Positions 58,527 through 64,000 of a DNA stretch of 64,000 nucleotides are shown here, piece after piece (position 1 is the stretch's first letter; every line of letters begins with the position of its first letter). The DNA comes from Myxococcota bacterium (lineage in GTDB: Bacteria; Myxococcota_A; UBA9042; PHBI01; JAWLBL01). Where the stretch lies: the NCBI GenBank assembly GCA_041687695.1, contig JAWLBL010000011.1, positions 183,155-247,154 of the forward strand. The letters are read 5' to 3'. Made by a program: the position numbers and the translations under genes. Under the pieces are notes generated by a model. The model was not told where the DNA came from. It was given only the letters and a program-made list of their open reading frames with translations, and searched no databases.

Positions 58527-59126
58527 ATGAGCCACGTCGGATCGCGCACGTCGCCCCCGGATGTCACCGGGATCCTGCAGTCCTTCCAGACGCCGCTCCG
58601 GGCCTTCGTGGCGGCGCGCGTGCAGAGCCCGTTCGACGTGGATGACGTCCTCCAGGAGGTCTTCTTGCGGCTCGCGCAGAGCGGCGAGGCGCTGCACGAG
58701 GTCCAGCACCTGGCGGGCTGGCTCCACCGCGTCGCGCGGAACGCGATCGCCGATCACTACCGCGCGCGCGGGCGCCTGCCGCAGCTCGTCGAGGAGATCC
58801 CCGACACGGAGGACGCCCGCGCCGAGGAGCGCGGGAGCTCCGCGGACAACCGCCGCGAGCTCGCCGCGTGCCTCTGCCCCCTCATCGAGCGGCTCCCGGA
58901 GCCGTACCGCGAGGCCATCCGGCTCACCGAGATCGACGGCCTGACCCAGGCCGAGGCGGCCAGGCGCGCGGGCATCTCTCTGTCGGGGATGAAGTCTCGC
59001 GTGCAGCGCGGCCGAGAGCAGCTCCGGGCGATCGTGCTCGCGTGCTGCGAGGTCGACCTCGACGGACGGCGCGGCATCGCCCGGTTCGAGAGCAAGCCCG
59101 GCGGCTGTGACTGCAAGTCGACCTGA
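58527..59126 (+). CDS. sigZ: SigZ/CorE-type ECF sigma factor with Cys motifs
   Basis: DDVLQEVF, WLHRVARNAIADHYR and SGMKSRVQRGR. Linker CLC, C-terminal CC...CDC. Confidence 0.88.
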   Translation: MSHVGSRTSPPDVTGILQSFQTPLRAFVAARVQSPFDVDDVLQEVFLRLAQSGEALHEVQHLAGWLHRVARNAIADHYRARGRLPQLVEEIPDTEDARAEERGSSADNRRELAACLCPLIERLPEPYREAIRLTEIDGLTQAEAARRAGISLSGMKSRVQRGREQLRAIVLACCEVDLDGRRGIARFESKPGGCDCKST

Positions 59127-59206
59127 CCACGCCTGGCCCACGCGCGCTCCCATCGCGCGCCCGATCCCCCCCCCCGAACGTTCCCCCAGAACGAAGGCAC
59201 AGAACC

Positions 59207-60616
59207 ATGCAGATCCAGAGCAACGATCTCCCGGTCGTCGTCATCGGCGCCGGCCCCGTCGGTCTCGCCGCGGCCGCCCACCTCCTCGTGCGCAACCTCC
59301 GCCCCGTGGTGCTCGAAGCCGGAGCGGACATCGCCTCGAGCATCCGCTCGTGGAGCCACGTCCGGCTCTTCTCACCGTGGCGCTACGACGTGGACCGCGC
59401 GGCCGCGAGCCTCCTCGAGCCCCGCGGTTGGGTGGCGCCCGATCCCGAGGCGCTCCCCACCGGCGCCGACCTCCTCGAGCGCTACCTGCGTCCGCTCGCG
59501 CAGGTGCCCGCGATCGCCTCGGCGCTCCGCCTCGACGCGCGGGTGGTCGCCATCAGCCGGCTCGGCACCGACAAGGTGAAGACGGCGGCGCGAGGCGACG
59601 TTCCCTTCGTGGTGCGCACGCGCGGCAGCGATGGGGTCGAACGCGAGCTCCTGGCTCGCGCCGTCCTCGACGCCTCGGGCACCTGGGCCACGCCGAACCC
59701 GCTCGGCGCGTCGGGCCTCCCGGCGCTCGGCGAGGCCTCGCTCGCGGACCGGATCCACTACGGCATCCCCGACGTCCTCGGGCGCGACCGGCAGCGATAC
59801 GCCGGGCGGACGACCCTCGTCGTCGGCGCCGGTCACTCCGCGGCCAACACGATCCTCGCCCTCGTCGAGCTCGCCGAGGACGCGCCCGGCACGCGGGTCA
59901 TCTGGACGACCCGCGGCTCGAACCTCGCCCGGGTGTTCGGCGGCGGCGACGCCGACGGGCTCCCCGAGCGAGGCAAGCTCGGGGCACGGCTGCGCTCGCT
60001 GGTCTCGTCGGGTGACCTGAAGCTCGTCTCGGAGCTGCGGATCACGGAGGTCGCGGAGGATCGCGGGCGGCTCGCGGTGCGCGGGCACGGGCCGGGCGGC
60101 CCCCTCGCGCTGGACGGCATCGACCGCATCGTGGCGGCCACCGGGCAGCGCCCCGCGCTCGACATCGCGCGCGAGCTGCGCGTCGAGGTGGACCCGGCGC
60201 TCGAGTCCGTGCGCGCGCTCGCGCCGCTCATCGATCCGAACGAGCACAGCTGCGGGACGGTGCGCCCCCACGGGGAGGCCGAGCTGCGGCAGCCCGAGCC
60301 CGGCTTCTACGTCGTGGGGGGCAAGAGCTACGGCCGCGCGCCCACCTTCCTCCTCGCCACGGGCTACGAGCAGGTGCGATCGGTGGTCGCCTACCTCGCG
60401 GGAGACCACGCCGCGGCCGAGCGCGTCGAGCTCGATCTGCCCGAGACCGGCGTTTGCTCGACGAGCGCGTCGCCCGGCGCGAGCGGATGCTGCCCGCCCA
60501 CGGAGGCGGCCAAGGCGCCGACGCGGGCCGACGTCGCCGATGACGCGGGCAGCCCGTGCTGCGCGCCGCGCGCGGAGACCCCTCGCAGGGGCGCCGAAAA
60601 GGCCTCGTGCTGCTGA
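59207..60616 (+). CDS. Flavin-dependent oxidoreductase, ArsV/ArsO-like
   Basis: GAGPVG, DASGTW, GAGHSA, HSCGTV, KSYGRAPTFLLATGYEQ, PETGVC and CC-rich tail. Confidence 0.85.
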   Translation: MQIQSNDLPVVVIGAGPVGLAAAAHLLVRNLRPVVLEAGADIASSIRSWSHVRLFSPWRYDVDRAAASLLEPRGWVAPDPEALPTGADLLERYLRPLAQVPAIASALRLDARVVAISRLGTDKVKTAARGDVPFVVRTRGSDGVERELLARAVLDASGTWATPNPLGASGLPALGEASLADRIHYGIPDVLGRDRQRYAGRTTLVVGAGHSAANTILALVELAEDAPGTRVIWTTRGSNLARVFGGGDADGLPERGKLGARLRSLVSSGDLKLVSELRITEVAEDRGRLAVRGHGPGGPLALDGIDRIVAATGQRPALDIARELRVEVDPALESVRALAPLIDPNEHSCGTVRPHGEAELRQPEPGFYVVGGKSYGRAPTFLLATGYEQVRSVVAYLAGDHAAAERVELDLPETGVCSTSASPGASGCCPPTEAAKAPTRADVADDAGSPCCAPRAETPRRGAEKASCC

Positions 60617-61836
60617 CCGCGAGCCCGGGGCGAGGCGCGCGCAAGGCCCTCTCGGTCGGCGCGGCCGTGTGGATCCTCGCGGCCACCGAGACCGTCAGCT
60701 GGGGCCTCCTCTACTACACGTTCAGCGTGCTGCTTCGCCCGATGGCGGAGGCCGTGCGAGCGTCGGAGGTCGCCGTCTCGGGCGCGTTCTCGATCGCGCT
60801 CCTCGCCGCAGGCGCCGCGGCCCCGCTCGTCGGTCGCGCCGTCGATCGTCATGGCCCCGGGGCCGTGATGAGCGTGGGGAGCCTGGTCGGGGCGCTCGGG
60901 TTCCTCGCGCTCCCCGCGGCCACGTCGCTACCGCAGCTCGTGGCCGCGTGGGCGCTCCTCGGCGTCGCCCACGGCTGCACCTCGTACGAGCCCGCCTTCG
61001 CCGCCGTGACCTCCTGGATCGACGATCTGCGCGCGAGGCGACGCGCGCTCCTCGTGATCACGAGCTTCGGCGGGCTCGCGAGCACGCTCTTCGTCCCGCT
61101 GGCGACCGCCGCGATCGCGACGCTCGGCTTCGAACTCACCGCCGTGGCGTTCGCCGTGGTGCTGGCGCTCCTCGTGACGCCGCTCCATCTGGCCCTCACC
61201 ACGGTGCGTGCCCCCGCTCGGGAGGCGCCGAGCCCATCGGTGCAAGCGCCAGCCGCCCGCGCGGGGCTCTCCCTCCTCGCGGCGGTCCTCGCGACCCAAG
61301 CGCTCGCCTCGACGGCGGTGGCGACGTTCCTCTTCCCTACGTTGACCGATCGCGGCATCGCAGCGCCGCAAGCCGCAGCCCTCGTCGGCATCGTCGGCGC
61401 CGCGCAGGTCCCGGCACGCCTCTTCTACGGTGTCCTCTGCGCGCGCGTGCCGTCGAAGGCGCGCCTCGCGCTGCTGCTCGTCGTGCAGGGGCTGGCCGTC
61501 TCCGGGTTCGGAACGCTGAGCGGCGCGCCCCTCGCCGGAGTGCTCGTGCTCTTCGGTGCGGCCAACGGCCTGATGACCCTCGAGCGGGCCACGATCGTCG
61601 CCGAGTGGTTCGGGGTGCGAGGCTACGGCGCGAGGAGCGGCCTCCTCGCCGCGGGCAGCGCCGTCGCCCGCGCCTCGGCGCCCGTCGTGGTCGCCCTGAG
61701 CGCGGAGGTGACGTCGTACGCGCGCGCGTTCCTCCCCCTGGCCGTCGCCCTGGCAGCTGCGGCCGCGCTCCAGGCGGTCCTCGAGCTTTGGCGGGGAGTG
61801 GCCGCTCACGCCCGTCCTCCACGACCTCGGCGGTGA
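60607..61836 (+). CDS. MFS transporter, ArsK-like
   Basis: ETVSWGLLYYTF, YEPAFA, GGLASTLFVPL and QVPARL. Overlaps the oxidoreductase stop. Confidence 0.8.
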   Translation: MLLTASPGRGARKALSVGAAVWILAATETVSWGLLYYTFSVLLRPMAEAVRASEVAVSGAFSIALLAAGAAAPLVGRAVDRHGPGAVMSVGSLVGALGFLALPAATSLPQLVAAWALLGVAHGCTSYEPAFAAVTSWIDDLRARRRALLVITSFGGLASTLFVPLATAAIATLGFELTAVAFAVVLALLVTPLHLALTTVRAPAREAPSPSVQAPAARAGLSLLAAVLATQALASTAVATFLFPTLTDRGIAAPQAAALVGIVGAAQVPARLFYGVLCARVPSKARLALLLVVQGLAVSGFGTLSGAPLAGVLVLFGAANGLMTLERATIVAEWFGVRGYGARSGLLAAGSAVARASAPVVVALSAEVTSYARAFLPLAVALAAAAALQAVLELWRGVAAHARPPRPRR

Positions 61837-61847
61837 CACCGAGGAGG

Positions 61848-61925
61848 CGCCGCCGAGCAGGCCGTCGCCGCCACCCCGGCCTCGCGCCCGCTACTCGCTG
61901 GTCGTCCACACCGACGAGCTCGGCC
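61848..61925 (+). pseudogene. Frameshifted ~80-bp copy of an internal segment (55754-55833) of the upstream lipoprotein gene
   Basis: Near-identical alignment with two 1-bp deletions and a few substitutions. Confidence 0.8.
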
Positions 61926-62031
61926 ATCGCGTGAGATTGCAGGACTTCCGCCGTCTCGTACCGCCGGCCCGGTCGGTTGCACCGCAGCCCGGGCCGCGGC
62001 AGGGTACGGCCTCCCGCGGCCCGGAGCGCCC

Positions 62032-63666
62032 ATGCTCGCCTTCGCCCTCGCCCTCGCCTTGACCCTCGCCGCGCCCGCCCCGGAGGCCATCGGCGAAGGC
62101 CTGACCGCCCGCGAGGTCGCGCCCGGGACGTGGCTGACCACCCACGACCTCGGCTTCCCGTCGCACCAGCTCCTCCTCGCCATGCCCTCTGGCGAGACCC
62201 TGCTCGTGTCGACCCCCATGACGACGGACGCGACGCGCGCCCTGCTCGCCTTCGCCGAGCGCCGGCTCGGCGACCGCCCCCTGGTCGCCATCGTCCCGCA
62301 CTTCCACCTCGACGGCGCCGGCGGCGTCTCCGCCCTCCTCGAGGCCGGCGCCACCGTCCACGGCTCCGACCTCACCGTCCGCCTCCTCGCCGAGCGCGGC
62401 GACCGCCGCCGCGGCCTCACCGCCGCCTTCGTCAAAGACCCCGCCGCCCGCGCCGCCCTCCTCGCCACCCCGCTCACGCCGCCCTCCCACGTCTTCCCGC
62501 TCGCCCAGGGCCTCCGCCTCACCTTCGGCCCCGAGACCGTCGAGGTCATCCACCCCGGCCCGTCTCACGCCCCGGACTTCGTCGCCGTCTGGTTCCCGGC
62601 CCGCAAGATCCTCTTCGGCGGCTGCATGCTCATCGACGGCGAGCGCCCCGGAAACCTCTCCGACGCCGACGTCGTCGGCTGGCGCCGCGCCCTCGATCGC
62701 CTCGCCCCCCTCGCCGCCGACGCCCGCATCGTCGTCAGCGGCCACGGCCACCGCACAGACCCCGGCCTCGTCGACCAGACCCGCCGCGCCCTCGCCACCG
62801 TCGCCCTCGACCGCCGCGTCGCCGTCACCGTCGACGACCTCCCCTGGGTGGGCCCGCGCCCCCCTCCAGGCCGCACCGTCACCTCCGAGGTCGGCCGCCT
62901 CGTCGCCCACCTCACCACCCGCTCGGTCCCGGCCACCGGCTTCGCGGTCGGCCGCAGCGGCCTCACCGAGCCGCTCGCTCTCTGGCGCGACGCCGGCCTC
63001 CCCCTCGCCGACCACACCTTCACCCACCCGGCCTACTCCAAGACCTCCATCCCCGACTTCCTCGCCGACGTGTCGAAGAACCAGGCCTTCCTGAAGGACC
63101 GCCTCGGCGTCGACCTCACGGGCGGCTTCTTCCGCTTCCCCTACCTCGACCACGGCCACGCGGAAGACAAGGTCGCCGCCATCACCGCCTTCCTCGAGGC
63201 CCGCCGGATGCGCGTTGCCCCCGTCTCGCTCGACACCGTCGACTACGCCTTCGCCGCCGCCTACGGAGAGGCCCCCGCCCCCGCCCGCCCCCGCATCGGC
63301 GCCCTGTACATCGATCACGTCGACGAGGCCGCCGAGCACTTCGAGGCGCTCTCCCGCGAGCTCTACGGCCGCGAGATCCCCCTCGTCCTCCTCGTCCACG
63401 CCAACGGCCTCAACGCCGACCACCTCGGCGCCGCCCTCGACCGCCTCGCCCACCGCGGCTACCGCTTCGTCCCCCTCGCCGAGGCCCTCGCCGACCCCGC
63501 CTACACCGAGCACGGCAACCGCCCGCCGCACATCCCGCTCCAGGGCGACCGCAACTTCCTCAACCTCGTCGCCCTCTCCCGCGGCCTCCGCGCCGCCGAC
63601 CCGACCGGCGAAGCCCGCTTCCGCGACCACTGGCGCCCCCTCATCGAGGCCGCGACGCGCCCCTGA
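62032..63666 (+). CDS. Fusion of subclass B1-like metallo-beta-lactamase domain and CE4 polysaccharide deacetylase
   Basis: Signal peptide. HFHLD, GPSHAPD, LFGGC, GNL and SGHG, then TVDDLP, HTFTH, FRFPYL and LLVH. Confidence 0.85.
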   Translation: MLAFALALALTLAAPAPEAIGEGLTAREVAPGTWLTTHDLGFPSHQLLLAMPSGETLLVSTPMTTDATRALLAFAERRLGDRPLVAIVPHFHLDGAGGVSALLEAGATVHGSDLTVRLLAERGDRRRGLTAAFVKDPAARAALLATPLTPPSHVFPLAQGLRLTFGPETVEVIHPGPSHAPDFVAVWFPARKILFGGCMLIDGERPGNLSDADVVGWRRALDRLAPLAADARIVVSGHGHRTDPGLVDQTRRALATVALDRRVAVTVDDLPWVGPRPPPGRTVTSEVGRLVAHLTTRSVPATGFAVGRSGLTEPLALWRDAGLPLADHTFTHPAYSKTSIPDFLADVSKNQAFLKDRLGVDLTGGFFRFPYLDHGHAEDKVAAITAFLEARRMRVAPVSLDTVDYAFAAAYGEAPAPARPRIGALYIDHVDEAAEHFEALSRELYGREIPLVLLVHANGLNADHLGAALDRLAHRGYRFVPLAEALADPAYTEHGNRPPHIPLQGDRNFLNLVALSRGLRAADPTGEARFRDHWRPLIEAATRP

Positions 63667-63736
63667 CGGCCGAAAGGGGTCAGGTCTAATCACTTTTCAC
63701 TTTCCGTCCCAGCGGCCCTGAGGGATACCTCAGTCC

Positions 63737-63910
63737 ATGGCGAGGCGTAAGCGCATCGACTACCCCGGAGCCTGGCACCACGTGATGAATCGTGGCGCAC
63801 GGCAAGCGCCGATCTTTGGAGAGGACGCCGATGGCGCTGCTTTCCTCACGGTGTTGGGAGAGACGGTCGAGCGGTTCGGCCTCGAGGTTCACGCCTACGC
63901 CGTGATCTAG
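63737..63910 (+). pseudogene. Truncated Y1/HUH transposase (RAYT/IS200-like)
   Basis: MARRKRIDYPGAWHHVMNRG...IF...RFGLEVHAYAVI* stops before the NHxH motif. GGGGTCAG motif upstream at 63676. Confidence 0.8.
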
Positions 63911-64000
63911 AGGTCATGATGAGTTATTTCGCCACAGGCCTGAAATCATTGCGTTTCGATGAGTGCACGGAACGAAATGGGGGGCTCACGACGGGTCCTC

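Overview
Very GC-rich bacterial DNA. The many Cys-rich lipoproteins, PEGA and MopE-type repeats point to Myxococcota or a similar lineage (inference). The left half looks like core or envelope genes: an ECF sigma/ZAS anti-sigma pair, an M4/M36-type protease with its propeptide on a separate gene, an Omp85-PEGA-Kelch-DUF2723 cluster, a LolCDE/LolA-like ABC cluster, DUF3015-DUF4105-esterase, sdhCAB and a large Cys/Gly-rich lipoprotein. The middle has a U32 (RlhA-like) gene, an ~800 bp non-coding block of two palindromic tandem-repeat families, an aldo-keto reductase, a double-HTH protein and a PolX-PHP whose polymerase aspartates appear substituted. The right part is accessory. Its best candidate for a new system is a ~5.4 kb putative arsenic/metalloid island (56.5-61.8 kb) with no ArsR. 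It contains a Cys-rich SigZ/CorE-type ECF sigma, ArsV-like and ArsK-like genes, two CC-repeat proteins and a CcdA-like gene, arranged divergently behind two matching YGCGTC-N16-CGTC motifs. After it come a B1 metallo-beta-lactamase-like/CE4 deacetylase fusion and a truncated Y1 (RAYT-like) transposase. All family calls are from motif recognition by eye; no searches were run.
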